In this document: positions 1 to 9,878 of the stretch, in pieces
How the letters are laid out: every line of letters begins with the position of its first letter
How positions within the stretch are numbered: position 1 is the first letter of the stretch
DNA from: an uncultured Saprospiraceae bacterium
Lineage (GTDB): Bacteria > Bacteroidota > Bacteroidia > Chitinophagales > Saprospiraceae
DNA length: 64,000 nucleotides
NCBI GenBank assembly: GCA_937921775.1
Contig: CAKZUK010000010.1
Coordinates: 12,037 to 76,036 of the forward strand
Direction: 5' to 3'
The notes under the pieces: model-generated
The model's database searches: none
Seen by the model: the letters and a program-made list of their open reading frames with translations, nothing else
What the model was told of the DNA's origin: nothing
Made by a program: the position numbers and the translations under genes

Positions 1-1195
1 CGGTCATCAAGTCTCCATCAGGCCTTTTGCAGAAATAATCATTTTTGAATCCTTGTTGATAAACGGAATTTTCTTCGTCCGTTTTAATCCCTGGATCAAT
101 CATTACAACGGTTTGGAAACCTTTATCCTTAATATCTCCAATCAGACCTTTAGGGTCAGGAAAATATTTGTCATTCCAAGTAAAGCAACGATAGCCATCC
201 ATGTAATCAATATCTAAATAGATGGCATCACAAGGAATTTTTTTATCTCTGAAATCATCCGCAAGTTCTCTTACGCGACTCTCCGGATAGTAACTCCAAC
301 GACATTGGTGAAAACCTAGTGCCCACATTGGAGGAAGCTCTGCTGTTCCTGTGAGCAGTGCATATTGTTCTGCTACATCATTCAAGTCTGGCCCATAGAT
401 AAAATAGTAATTGATTTCACCACCATTGGCTGAAATTTTTACATTCCCATCATTTTTACTATTGAAATCAAAAAAGGAACGGAAGGTGTTGTCAAAAAAT
501 ATTCCGTAAGCAATCCCTTTATTTAGAGAATAATAGAAAGGAATAGTTCGATAAAGTGGGTCAGTATTTTCGCCATAAGCGAATGCATCTGTTACCCAGT
601 TCTGAAACTGCTTGCCACGCAAATCGAGACCGCAACTTTTATCACCTAAACCAAAGTATGATTCTTTTTTCTGAGACTTAAGATAAAGTGCTACTTCCTG
701 CGTTCCTTTGTGAATGCTAGTCTTTGCTTCATAACCAATAGAATCCTGAGCAATAACTTTACCCTCAGCATTCAAAATCTTAACTGCCAAATCAGCTTTT
801 GAAATAATTACAGAAACAGAAGCAGTATCTAAAATAAACTCTGTATCATTTTCTACAAAAGATAGATTTACCTTCGATCGTTTGTAATCTTTATGAATGG
901 CATAAGAAAAATCTTTTGGCCAATATTTTAGTAAATTATATCGGAAACGAATGATACGATTAGTCAGCACAGTTACTTGCAAACTAACGTTGCCTTCACT
1001 TGCAAAAACGAATTGTTTTTTAGTTTGACTAACCAAGCGAGCAGCTCCTCCTTTATATAATTTAAATACATCTGGATAACGATCAAACTTATCTACTTCT
1101 TTGTAGTTGATTTCGGTTTTTGCAAGTGTTGCCACAACTGGCTCAGCAACTGCTTGAGCTTTCTTATCTTTCTTAGATTTCTTAATTTTAGCCAT
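1..1195 (-). CDS. Glycoside hydrolase family 31 alpha-glucosidase, N-terminal ~398 codons (C-terminal part lies beyond the window edge)
   Basis: Absent from the ORF track because it is open at the window edge. Manual minus-strand translation from ATG 1195..1193 gives MAKIKKSKKDKK...PMWALGFHQCRWSYYPESRV...CDAIYLDIDYMDGYRCFTWND...VMIDPGIK, which are GH31 hallmark stretches. Confidence 0.85.
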   Translation of the reverse strand, partial: MAKIKKSKKDKKAQAVAEPVVATLAKTEINYKEVDKFDRYPDVFKLYKGGAARLVSQTKKQFVFASEGNVSLQVTVLTNRIIRFRYNLLKYWPKDFSYAIHKDYKRSKVNLSFVENDTEFILDTASVSVIISKADLAVKILNAEGKVIAQDSIGYEAKTSIHKGTQEVALYLKSQKKESYFGLGDKSCGLDLRGKQFQNWVTDAFAYGENTDPLYRTIPFYYSLNKGIAYGIFFDNTFRSFFDFNSKNDGNVKISANGGEINYYFIYGPDLNDVAEQYALLTGTAELPPMWALGFHQCRWSYYPESRVRELADDFRDKKIPCDAIYLDIDYMDGYRCFTWNDKYFPDPKGLIGDIKDKGFQTVVMIDPGIKTDEENSVYQQGFKNDYFCKRPDGDLMT

Positions 1196-1355
1196 TTTTA
1201 ATTTTGTGTGTTAAACGAATTCTAAAGACCAATGATTCAGTAATGCTGATGTTATTTTAGAGCGAACTATATAAGTCCGAAGGCGAAAGATGGAAAACTG
1301 AATCGGCCCCAGTAGGCAAGTCCAGTCTTCTGTCTTCGGGCTTTCGTCTTTTTTC

Positions 1356-2897
1356 CTACAAAGGCATATTACCATGCTTCTTTTTAGGAAGATGATCCAC
1401 TTTATTTTCAAGCATTGCAAATGCCTTAATTAACTTTCTTCTTGATTGTTCTGGAAGGATTACTTCATCAATAAATCCTCTTTCCGTCGCACTAAAAGGA
1501 TTGGCAAATTTCTCAGCATATTCCAATTCTTTTTCTTTTAGCATGGCTGCAGGGTCATCAGCAGCTGTTATTTCCTTTCGGAAAATGATTTCACTCGCGC
1601 CCTTTGCGCCCATTACTGCAATTTCAGCAGAAGGCCAAGCCAAGTTAAGATCTGCACCGATGTGTTTTGAGTTCATTACATCATAAGCTCCACCGTATGC
1701 CTTTCGTGTTATCAGTGTTACTCTAGGAACGGTAGCTTCGCTAAATGCGTAAAGCAATTTGGCGCCATTGGTAATGATCGCATTCCATTCCTGATCGGTA
1801 CCTGGCAAGAATCCGGGTACATCAACCAACACTAATAATGGGATATTAAAGCAATCACAAAAACGAACAAATCGTGCACCTTTCTTTGAACTATTAACGT
1901 CTAAAACACCTGCCATATTCATCGGTTGATTGGCAACTATACCCACTGAACGACCAGCAAGACGTGCAAAACCAACTACAATGTTTCCCGCATAATCTTT
2001 ATGAATTTCAAAAAAGGAATCTTCGTCCATTATGCCATCAATTACTTCACGAATATCATAAGGTTGTGAAATAACTGGTGGGAGTATTTTCCCAAGTTGA
2101 GGGCGAAGCTCATCGCTAACTTCGTAAGGCAAACTCGGCGCTTTTTCCTCGCAATTTTGTGGAACAAAGCTTAATAATTTTTTCAACTGGTTGATACAAT
2201 CAATATCGTTGGTAGCTGTGAGGTGTGTCACTCCGGATTTGGTGGAGTGAGCTGAAGCACCACCTAACTCTTCTGCACTTACTTCTTCATTTGTAACCGT
2301 TTTTACAACATTGGGGCCAGTCACAAACATATAGGAAGTTCCTTCCACCATGATGGTAAAGTCAGTGATAGCAGGGGAGTAAACTGCACCTCCGGCACAA
2401 GGCCCCATGATCGCTGAAATTTGTGGAATGACACCAGAAAATTTAGTGTTGCGGTAAAAGATATCTGCGTAGCCACCGAGTGATTTTACACCTTCTTGAA
2501 TCCGTGCGCCACCTGAATCGTTTAAACCGATAACCGGAGCACCGTTCTTCGCTGCTAAATCCATGATTTTGCAAATTTTCTCTGCATGTGTTTCTGATAA
2601 GGAACCACCAAAAACAGTGAAGTCCTGAGCAAAAACGAAGACGAGTCGATTGTCTACCGTTCCGTAGCCAGTGATTACACCGTCGCTGTAAAATTGCTGT
2701 TTTTCCATTCCAAAGTCAGTACTTCTATGAGTAACTAACATTCCAATTTCTTCGAATGAGCCTTCATCTAACAGGAAATGAACACGTTCTCTCGCTGTCA
2801 ATTTCCCCTTAGCATGTTGTTTGTCTATTCTTGCTTGACCACCACCCAGTTGAGCTTTGTCTATCTTGGATTGCAGTTGACTTAATTTATCTTTCAT
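1356..2897 (-). CDS. Acyl-CoA carboxylase carboxyltransferase subunit (propionyl-CoA carboxylase beta / methylmalonyl-CoA decarboxylase alpha type)
   Basis: 513-aa ORF with carboxyl-transferase family blocks: [59 protein letters not shown]. Confidence 0.9.
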   Translation of the reverse strand: MKDKLSQLQSKIDKAQLGGGQARIDKQHAKGKLTARERVHFLLDEGSFEEIGMLVTHRSTDFGMEKQQFYSDGVITGYGTVDNRLVFVFAQDFTVFGGSLSETHAEKICKIMDLAAKNGAPVIGLNDSGGARIQEGVKSLGGYADIFYRNTKFSGVIPQISAIMGPCAGGAVYSPAITDFTIMVEGTSYMFVTGPNVVKTVTNEEVSAEELGGASAHSTKSGVTHLTATNDIDCINQLKKLLSFVPQNCEEKAPSLPYEVSDELRPQLGKILPPVISQPYDIREVIDGIMDEDSFFEIHKDYAGNIVVGFARLAGRSVGIVANQPMNMAGVLDVNSSKKGARFVRFCDCFNIPLLVLVDVPGFLPGTDQEWNAIITNGAKLLYAFSEATVPRVTLITRKAYGGAYDVMNSKHIGADLNLAWPSAEIAVMGAKGASEIIFRKEITAADDPAAMLKEKELEYAEKFANPFSATERGFIDEVILPEQSRRKLIKAFAMLENKVDHLPKKKHGNMPL

Positions 2898-2968
2898 AAA
2901 CGTTTTATTTAGCAGGTTTGACCAGAATATTAAAACTGGTGCGCAAAGTTAAAATAAATGAGCAAAAC

Positions 2969-3649
2969 CTAAGCTAGGTTTAGACGATCAATTCGTTTTC
3001 GGAAATCATCGTTTCTCATATTGTTTTCGATTCTGGAAAAATCGGATTTAAAAGCACTATCAATAATAAGTCCACCCTTTAAGTGATGCATTTGATCACA
3101 AATCTCTCCTAATGCGGAAAAGATGTGAGAAGAAACGATAATAATCTTATTCAAACTCCGAAGTTTTAAAATAATATCTTTTAGCAACATATTGCTTTGA
3201 AGGTCGAGTCCATTGAAGGGTTCATCAAACAGGAATACTTCATTTTTTTGAAAGAATATTGCGGTAAGCGCTAATTTCTTTTTCATACCAGTGGAATACT
3301 GATCAGCAAATTCGTTTAAGGGTAGTTCAAAAGGATTTTGTTCTTCTATGTTTCCTATTTTTATGTTTCTGGCCTTACAAAGTAGTTGGAGATACTCGAG
3401 TCCCGTTATCTTAGAAAGCATGTATGGTGTGGTGGGAAGAAAACCGATGCTATCTTTTGACAAGCCTTCTTCAAAGGCTATAAGTCCATCATAGGATTCT
3501 AATCCAGCAAAGGACCTAAACAAAGTAGTTTTACCTGCTCCGTTTTCTCCAACTATACCATTCACCTTTCCTCGTTCAAAACTCAGATTGATCCCTTTCA
3601 AGACTTCCTTCTTACCATAGGACTTATGTAAATCTTTGATTTCGATCAT
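2969..3649 (-). CDS. ABC transporter ATP-binding protein
   Basis: Walker A GENGAGKTT, signature-like YSTGMKKKL, Walker B VFLFDEP. The start overlaps the stop of the upstream membrane gene by 4 nt (ATGA). Confidence 0.9.
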   Translation of the reverse strand: MIEIKDLHKSYGKKEVLKGINLSFERGKVNGIVGENGAGKTTLFRSFAGLESYDGLIAFEEGLSKDSIGFLPTTPYMLSKITGLEYLQLLCKARNIKIGNIEEQNPFELPLNEFADQYSTGMKKKLALTAIFFQKNEVFLFDEPFNGLDLQSNMLLKDIILKLRSLNKIIIVSSHIFSALGEICDQMHHLKGGLIIDSAFKSDFSRIENNMRNDDFRKRIDRLNLA

Positions 3650-4560
3650 TTATAGAGTAAAAGGTTGTTTTTGGATTTGAAATAAAAGTAAGGAATTGTT
3701 GCCAACATCAAGGGCGGAGCAAAAATACTGAATGCGACCATGATAGCAGGAATTAGCGTAAGTTCACTAGGGTAGTAGGCATATTTGGCTACAAGGCCCA
3801 TTAAAACATATGCCAATCCGACAATTTCTAAAATTAGGACGATATGCCAGTTCTCTGAAAATGCGATTAGCAAAGCAATTAAAACAGGCAGACTCAAAAG
3901 AAAACTATAGGCTAATCCAACAGTAATTTTGTTTTTCAAAAAATTGAAAATACTAAATGAATTCACCCAGACATAAAATAAAGGTTCCATAAAAGTATAG
4001 TATGCCATACAAATCAAGAAGAGTACGACCAAAGCAAAAACGCCCAGATTGAAATTGCCCACACTTATGGAAATATAGGTCAGCACATACAATCCAAGGA
4101 ATAAAAAATAGCTTTTGCGAAAGCCAATAATAAATTCAAATGGATTTTTGAAAAATGGGGTAGGGAGGACAAATCCTGATTGATGTTTTGTATTGAAAAA
4201 GGAAAGTAAAATAGCAACTAAAAGAGTCAATACTCCAAGCAAAAAATCATGTTCAAAAAACTCAAATAATACAAAAGGCAATACAATCAGTCCGTTTTCA
4301 AGCAACCGAATCTGTTGATATTTATTTTTGGTAAAGCTATTTTTCAAAAAATCGTTGCGCTCTAGTGTTCCAATATTGAAAACAAAAAAAAGTGCCATCA
4401 CTGGAAAAAGATATCGAGCCCATGTAAACTTAATAAACAGCATTTTAGAAAACACAACAAAGAAAATGGCTCCAAAGATATAAGTCAACCATGGGTTTAA
4501 GCCAAAGTCGGACAGCATCCGATGGTTTCGTTTGTATTGCAGTTTGAAGTAGTTTTCCAT
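3646..4560 (-). CDS. Polytopic membrane protein of unknown family, probable permease partner of the adjacent ABC ATPase
   Basis: 304 aa with about 8 hydrophobic segments. Translationally coupled (4-nt overlap) to the ATPase gene. I recognise no family motif. Confidence 0.6.
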   Translation of the reverse strand: MENYFKLQYKRNHRMLSDFGLNPWLTYIFGAIFFVVFSKMLFIKFTWARYLFPVMALFFVFNIGTLERNDFLKNSFTKNKYQQIRLLENGLIVLPFVLFEFFEHDFLLGVLTLLVAILLSFFNTKHQSGFVLPTPFFKNPFEFIIGFRKSYFLFLGLYVLTYISISVGNFNLGVFALVVLFLICMAYYTFMEPLFYVWVNSFSIFNFLKNKITVGLAYSFLLSLPVLIALLIAFSENWHIVLILEIVGLAYVLMGLVAKYAYYPSELTLIPAIMVAFSIFAPPLMLATIPYFYFKSKNNLLLYK

Positions 4561-4577
4561 AGTTTGCAGCAGCTCAC

Positions 4578-5315
4578 TTAATTCAATTTCCCTTCGGCAA
4601 CACAGGTCAAACCAAATAGCTTGTTCATCTTTCGAAAATTCATCTCAAAAGAATTGTATTGACGGAGTAACCAATTGACAGTACCAGGTAGTGGCGCCAT
4701 ATCAGAGGACTCCGGAGCTTCCATATTCTCATCATTTCGCTTCAAACGGCGCACGAGCCAAACCAATGGAAAAATTGAAGCAAAAATATAATAGCGCTGC
4801 GAAATAGCACATTTATTGTTAGTCATCAAGGCACTTAACATCGGAATGGTATATCTACGAAAATGTCCCAAATAAACATCGTGTGTAGACCAAACGCTCA
4901 TAAATGCAGGTACTGTAATGAAGTAATGTGCATTTTCTCCAACACGTCTTTTAATATCTTTTATGATCGCATCATCATTTTCGATGTGCTCCAATACATC
5001 CATCATAATCACCACACAATCATCGATACCTTCTGGAATATAGTGCAATTTCTTAACCGGAAGATGTTTTGTCTCTTCCAATTCATCTTCGGAGTATCCG
5101 ATATCAATCAACAAGACATCTTCGATATACTCTGGGAAAGCTGCCCACAATTCATAAGCAAAAAAACCAGAACCAGAACCAAAATCGATCACCGTCATTT
5201 TCTTGTTTTGCTCTTTTAGCAATTGTTTGAAATATCGAAACAAAGGCACTTTCTTTGATTGATAATACCAATGCGTTGATTGATCAACACCACTTTCTAA
5301 TTCTTTTAAATCCAT
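4578..5315 (-). CDS. Class I SAM-dependent methyltransferase
   Basis: 245 aa. Motif I VIDFGSGSGFF, acidic post-I LLIDIG, and VVIMMDVLEHI typical of the Methyltransf_11/23-like group. Its start lies 3 nt downstream of the stop of the upstream GT fusion gene. Confidence 0.8.
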   Translation of the reverse strand: MDLKELESGVDQSTHWYYQSKKVPLFRYFKQLLKEQNKKMTVIDFGSGSGFFAYELWAAFPEYIEDVLLIDIGYSEDELEETKHLPVKKLHYIPEGIDDCVVIMMDVLEHIENDDAIIKDIKRRVGENAHYFITVPAFMSVWSTHDVYLGHFRRYTIPMLSALMTNNKCAISQRYYIFASIFPLVWLVRRLKRNDENMEAPESSDMAPLPGTVNWLLRQYNSFEMNFRKMNKLFGLTCVAEGKLN

Positions 5316-5318
5316 GGG

Positions 5319-8300
5319 TTAGTTTTGCTTTTGAGAATCTTCGTAAACCTTGTTTAATTTTACCGCTGGTTCGAAATCCGGGTCTATATTTAGCGATTGT
5401 TTTACCAGACTAAACGAACCTTGATAGTCTTTTTCAAAATATGCTTTCTTTGCCTGGAAGTATAAAGCCAAAGCCCTCTCTCCAATTTTGTTTGCAGAGT
5501 TTGCACCGCTAGCATAAGCCTGTGCAATGTTTCCACCTGTATCGTCATAGAGGGTAATCGCATCAACCACCTTGGCATGATTTCCTTCTTGTGCATATAT
5601 GCTAGAAAGAAAATAATGGGCAGCTGAATTTTTATAATTCAAATCAACCGCTTTTTCTAATGAGGCTTTTGCATTTTGAGGATCAGCGGTATTGAGGTAA
5701 TAAATTCCATAATAATAATGTGCCGTATTGTATGAATCTCCAAGAGGTAGTAATTTATCCAGAGTCGCCTTCATATTTGGCCAATCTTGTGTTTGCTGGT
5801 AAGTCTTAATCAAGCCGGTCAATGCAGCTTCGTTTTTAGGACGCTGAGCCAGTTCCTGATTGTACAAACGAATGGCTTCTGTAAAGTTTTTCGCTTGTTC
5901 TGCCTCCGCTGCCTGCCGTTCAACAGGAGATTCCCTTTTTGAAATAGCTCCAATTGTTACACCGTTTACTTTTTCTTCGTAAACTATATTGGCTGGTGGC
6001 CAAACGCCGGAGTCAATGTGTCCTTCATTGACAAAACGAGGAATAAACATGTAGTAATCTGCTGGATACTTCTTTAAACGATCATAGTACCGACTGTAAT
6101 AAATCTTACAACTAGGAGCTAGCTTTTTCATATAAAAAATCGCAGGATCAGAACAGTTGGTAATAACAGATACTTTTTCACCTCGCTTCAAACGTTCATC
6201 ATTTTCTGCCAACCATTCACACATTCCTTTGATGGAATTCATCCAATAGTCCATCTCATAATTGGTATAAGCATGTTCTAAACCACCTGAAAGTTCATTG
6301 AAATAAACATATTGATATGGATGTTGATCAATCATTGCCTTCAGTGGCATCGCCAATAAGACAGCCATTAATACACCCATTCCATACTTAAAGGCAGGAA
6401 GTGGTTTGAAATTGATCAGCTGATTCCAACCCCAAGCGGCAACAACAACCAGTACAGGATAAACAAATAAGAAGTGACGCATTCCATCGTAAAGACTTGA
6501 TTGCTTCAATACCGCATAAGCGATAGGGAAAACCCCTGCAAAAGCCAATAGTAACAATGGTAAACGTTTCTGTGTATTGAATTTTGTAAAAACAAAACCC
6601 AAAAACAATAACCCACCAATCAAGATCACGATTGGGGTACAAATAGAAATGTATTTTGGAATATAATACCAGGGCAACTCATCCGACCACAAATGTTTTC
6701 CTTCAAAAAGCATTCGGATACTAGTCGAAAAATTAGACATTTCGCTCAAAGCTGTTAGTGGATTTTTGAAAGGAGCTTGAGCACCATATGGCCAAAAAAG
6801 TAAACCGCCAAAGTAACCACCAATAGCGACTAACAATCCAATCCCTACAATTTTTGCAAGATGCGGAAAGTCTCTTAATTTCGGTTTTAAATCATTTCTG
6901 AATAAATAGGATAGTCCAGTAAACAATCCGAGATAAGCAATCAAAAGTATACCACCTACACGCACATTTATTGCAGCTGAAACACCAATGATCAACATCA
7001 GTATGGTCTTCGTCCCTGGCCGGGGCAATTGCTTTAAGAAGCGAATCAAGTAAAGCAAAGTAAAGGCATAGGCGGCCGCGAAAGGAATATCTTTGGGATT
7101 GTTCATGGAGTGTCCAAAAATCCTAGGTGACAAAGCAATGAACAACAATGCGATAAATGCGACTCGCCAACTTCCACTTATTTCTTTTGCCAAAAGGCCT
7201 GTAAAGAAAATCATAATAAAGCCAAAAAGTGCGTTTAACCAATGGCGAATATTATACTCATCTGCATTGGGGAATTTATCATTTAACCAAGCAGCAGTAT
7301 AATCAAACAAGCCACCATAGTAGTAAAGATTTTTATAATCCAAAGCAGATTTATCTTCTCCATCCGTCTGGTAATAAGCGTATACCTTTTCTCCATAAGT
7401 TTTTTGAACCAGTTCATCCCCAGTAATGCCATAATCAGAACTTATAGTCGGCATCAAAAAAAGTAGAAATATAGAAAGTGCTAAAAACAAGAATCTAAAA
7501 ATAGGAGATTCACCTGTTCCAGCATTCCACTTCTTAAATGGTTCTACTATAAAATAATTCCAATTCAAGGCAATTGATATCATCAGAATTTGACCAAACA
7601 TTTTGATGCTATCCGAAACCAATGAAATCTTTGAATCATTCTGATGTGTCCATGTAATTGGCATCGACTGTATACGGTGACCTTCCATTTTAGCTCGATA
7701 AAGCAGCTCCACATCGTGTGCCCAACCATTTGTCTTAAGAGAAGCAAAAAGTTGTTTGGCAATTGCAGCAGGATACAATTTAAAACCACATTGGGTGTCA
7801 CGCAAATTCATGTTGGTGAACAACTGAATCATGAAATTAAAAATCAATCCAGCCACCCGTCTCATAGGTTGGCCAGTAACTTTAGAATCTTCATGCTCAC
7901 GGGATCCAATTAGGATTTGATTGGGATCAAAATCTTTTCCAGGAAGCTGATTCAACCAATTATTCAAAGCAGTTGGTTTGGTAGCCATATCTGCATCAAG
8001 GGTCAATACATAATCCCCCGTAGCCTTTTCAACACCAGCTTTTAGTGCACCACCTTTTCCAATGTTCTTAGAGAGAGGAATCAGATGAAAATCGACATTA
8101 GAAGAAAATTGCCCTGGGAAGTTTTTATCGAGTAATTTAACTGATTCATCAGAACTCCCATCATCTACAAGTATGATTTCCAGAGGCTGATTCCACTTCT
8201 TATCGAAGCTCTTTAATGTATTCAGCAGATTATCAATGCGTTTGCTCTCATTGTAACAAGGAATGATTAAAGATATTTTGCCCGAAAACTTATGTTTTGC

Positions 8301-8345
8301 AGGACTATTCTTCAAAACTGTGGTCTTTTGTTTCTTTTTACTCAT
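5319..8345 (-). CDS. Fusion glycosyltransferase: N-terminal GT2 (polyprenyl-phosphate sugar synthase-like) + multi-TM GT-C (PMT/ArnT-like) + C-terminal TPR repeats
   Basis: 1008 aa. GT2 part: LIIPCYNE, ILVDDGSSD, LTLDADM, RDTQCGFK (aa ~23-250). About 12 hydrophobic helices span aa ~280-700, with ITGDE in the first loop. TPR-like repeats run from aa ~800 (AIRLYNQELAQRPKNEAAL..., YYYGIYYLNTADPQNAKASLEKAVDLN...). Confidence 0.8.
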   Translation of the reverse strand: MSKKKQKTTVLKNSPAKHKFSGKISLIIPCYNESKRIDNLLNTLKSFDKKWNQPLEIILVDDGSSDESVKLLDKNFPGQFSSNVDFHLIPLSKNIGKGGALKAGVEKATGDYVLTLDADMATKPTALNNWLNQLPGKDFDPNQILIGSREHEDSKVTGQPMRRVAGLIFNFMIQLFTNMNLRDTQCGFKLYPAAIAKQLFASLKTNGWAHDVELLYRAKMEGHRIQSMPITWTHQNDSKISLVSDSIKMFGQILMISIALNWNYFIVEPFKKWNAGTGESPIFRFLFLALSIFLLFLMPTISSDYGITGDELVQKTYGEKVYAYYQTDGEDKSALDYKNLYYYGGLFDYTAAWLNDKFPNADEYNIRHWLNALFGFIMIFFTGLLAKEISGSWRVAFIALLFIALSPRIFGHSMNNPKDIPFAAAYAFTLLYLIRFLKQLPRPGTKTILMLIIGVSAAINVRVGGILLIAYLGLFTGLSYLFRNDLKPKLRDFPHLAKIVGIGLLVAIGGYFGGLLFWPYGAQAPFKNPLTALSEMSNFSTSIRMLFEGKHLWSDELPWYYIPKYISICTPIVILIGGLLFLGFVFTKFNTQKRLPLLLLAFAGVFPIAYAVLKQSSLYDGMRHFLFVYPVLVVVAAWGWNQLINFKPLPAFKYGMGVLMAVLLAMPLKAMIDQHPYQYVYFNELSGGLEHAYTNYEMDYWMNSIKGMCEWLAENDERLKRGEKVSVITNCSDPAIFYMKKLAPSCKIYYSRYYDRLKKYPADYYMFIPRFVNEGHIDSGVWPPANIVYEEKVNGVTIGAISKRESPVERQAAEAEQAKNFTEAIRLYNQELAQRPKNEAALTGLIKTYQQTQDWPNMKATLDKLLPLGDSYNTAHYYYGIYYLNTADPQNAKASLEKAVDLNYKNSAAHYFLSSIYAQEGNHAKVVDAITLYDDTGGNIAQAYASGANSANKIGERALALYFQAKKAYFEKDYQGSFSLVKQSLNIDPDFEPAVKLNKVYEDSQKQN

Positions 8346-8574
8346 GAATGGTTATTTCCTTCAGAAATCGGTTTACAATTCGATTGACAAATATTAAAAA
8401 ATCTTTTTATAAGCCTGTATTTATGAAGGATTATTTACGAAAAGAGAAACCTTTGGCATTGTTACCGTATAGAAAGACTGTTTGTTACGTTTCTCAAGCA
8501 AATTATAGACGCTTTATCAATGTTTTACCAAAAATAATAGATTATTTTAGCCGCTCATTTTTAATAGAAAAAGT

Positions 8575-9783
8575 ATGACACCTGCAAAAACCTCCGTAAT
8601 CTCAGATCGCATCTTAAAAATGTCTGAATCTGCAACACTTAAAATGTCTCAAATGGCTCGTGAGTTAAGGGCAAAAGGCAATGATGTAATCAGTCTCAGC
8701 CTTGGTGAACCTGACTTTGACACACCTGAGCATATCAAAGAAGCTGCTAAACAAGCACTTAATGATGGATTTACAAAATATACACCTGTACCTGGATTGC
8801 CAGTTTTGCGTGAAGCAATTTCAAAGAAGTTCAAATCAGAAAACGATTTGGATTATGCTCCCAGCCAAATTGTAGTATCTAACGGTGCTAAACAATCCAT
8901 CTACAACCTCAGCATGGCTTTGCTAAATGAAGGTGATGAAGCGATTGTATTGGCTCCATATTGGGTTTCTTACTATGAGATCATTAAGCTAGGTGGTGGA
9001 ACTCCAGTAATCGTTTCTGCCGGCATTGAACAAGATTTCAAAGTAACTGCAGCCCAACTCAAGGCTGCCATTACACCTAAAACTAAATTTGTCTTATTCT
9101 CTTCTCCATGTAACCCAACAGGTTCTGTTTACCAACGAGAGGAGCTAGAAGCTTTGGCAAATGTCATCGCTGAGCATGAAAACATATTCATCATTGCAGA
9201 TGAAATATACGAATACATCAATTTCTCTAGCAAGCATGTAAGTATTGGCGCTCTTGAAGCTGCCAAAGATCGTACGATCACCGTCAATGGTTTTTCGAAA
9301 GGATTTGCTATGACAGGTTGGAGATTGGGATACATCGGTGCCCCTCAAATAGTTGCTAGTGCTTGTACCAAGATCCAAGGTCAGGTTACTTCAGGAGCAA
9401 CGGCTTTTGGCCAAGTTGCTGCTGCTGCTGCTCTCAATGGTGACCGCAGTACAACTTCAGCGATGCGAGACGCTTATTTAAAACGAAGAGACTTGGTAAA
9501 AGTACTTTTGGACGAAATACCCGGTGTAAAAACGAATAATCCTCAAGGTGCATTCTACATATTCCCAGACATTTCTTCCTACTTTGGAAAAAGCGACGGC
9601 AACATGACTGTCAATAATGCTGATGATTTTTGTGAATACTTACTGAACCATGCCTATGTAGCAGTTGTATCTGGTTCTGCTTTTGGAGCTGACAATTGTT
9701 TCCGAATTTCATATGCCGCTTCCGACGAGCAATTAAAGGAAGCAATCCGTAGAATGTCGGATGCGCTTGCGAAGTTAAAGTAA
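8575..9783 (+). CDS. Pyridoxal-phosphate-dependent aminotransferase class I (aspartate/prephenate aminotransferase type)
   Basis: 402 aa. Motifs SLGEPDFDTP, SSPCNPTG, NGFSKGFAMTGWRLGY (PLP-lysine motif), RISYA. Confidence 0.9.
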   Translation: MTPAKTSVISDRILKMSESATLKMSQMARELRAKGNDVISLSLGEPDFDTPEHIKEAAKQALNDGFTKYTPVPGLPVLREAISKKFKSENDLDYAPSQIVVSNGAKQSIYNLSMALLNEGDEAIVLAPYWVSYYEIIKLGGGTPVIVSAGIEQDFKVTAAQLKAAITPKTKFVLFSSPCNPTGSVYQREELEALANVIAEHENIFIIADEIYEYINFSSKHVSIGALEAAKDRTITVNGFSKGFAMTGWRLGYIGAPQIVASACTKIQGQVTSGATAFGQVAAAAALNGDRSTTSAMRDAYLKRRDLVKVLLDEIPGVKTNNPQGAFYIFPDISSYFGKSDGNMTVNNADDFCEYLLNHAYVAVVSGSAFGADNCFRISYAASDEQLKEAIRRMSDALAKLK

Positions 9784-9801
9784 AATTGGATCGACAATCT
9801 A

Positions 9802-9859
9802 AGTGTCAGTGGCCGTTTCTGTTTGCGTTCAATCGCGATTGAAAACCGCCACTGACACT
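9802..9859. repeat. Inverted repeat between convergent genes (12-bp perfect arms AGTGTCAGTGGC / GCCACTGACACT, 34-nt loop); possible bidirectional terminator
   Basis: Arms read directly at 9802-9813 and 9848-9859. It sits between the aminotransferase (+) and MATE (-) 3' ends. Confidence 0.45.
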
Positions 9860-9878
9860 ACCCGTCTAATTGAAAAGA

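Noticed and set aside
1211-1420. 69-aa ORF overlapping the 3' end of the carboxyltransferase gene and the structured intergenic region.
   Set aside because: It overlaps a well-supported gene on the same strand in another frame and spans the hairpin region. It has no motif.
8348-8578. 76-aa ORF filling the divergent promoter region between the GT fusion and the aminotransferase.
   Set aside because: It occupies the AT-rich intergenic promoter region, overlaps the aminotransferase start, and has a basic low-complexity sequence with no motif.
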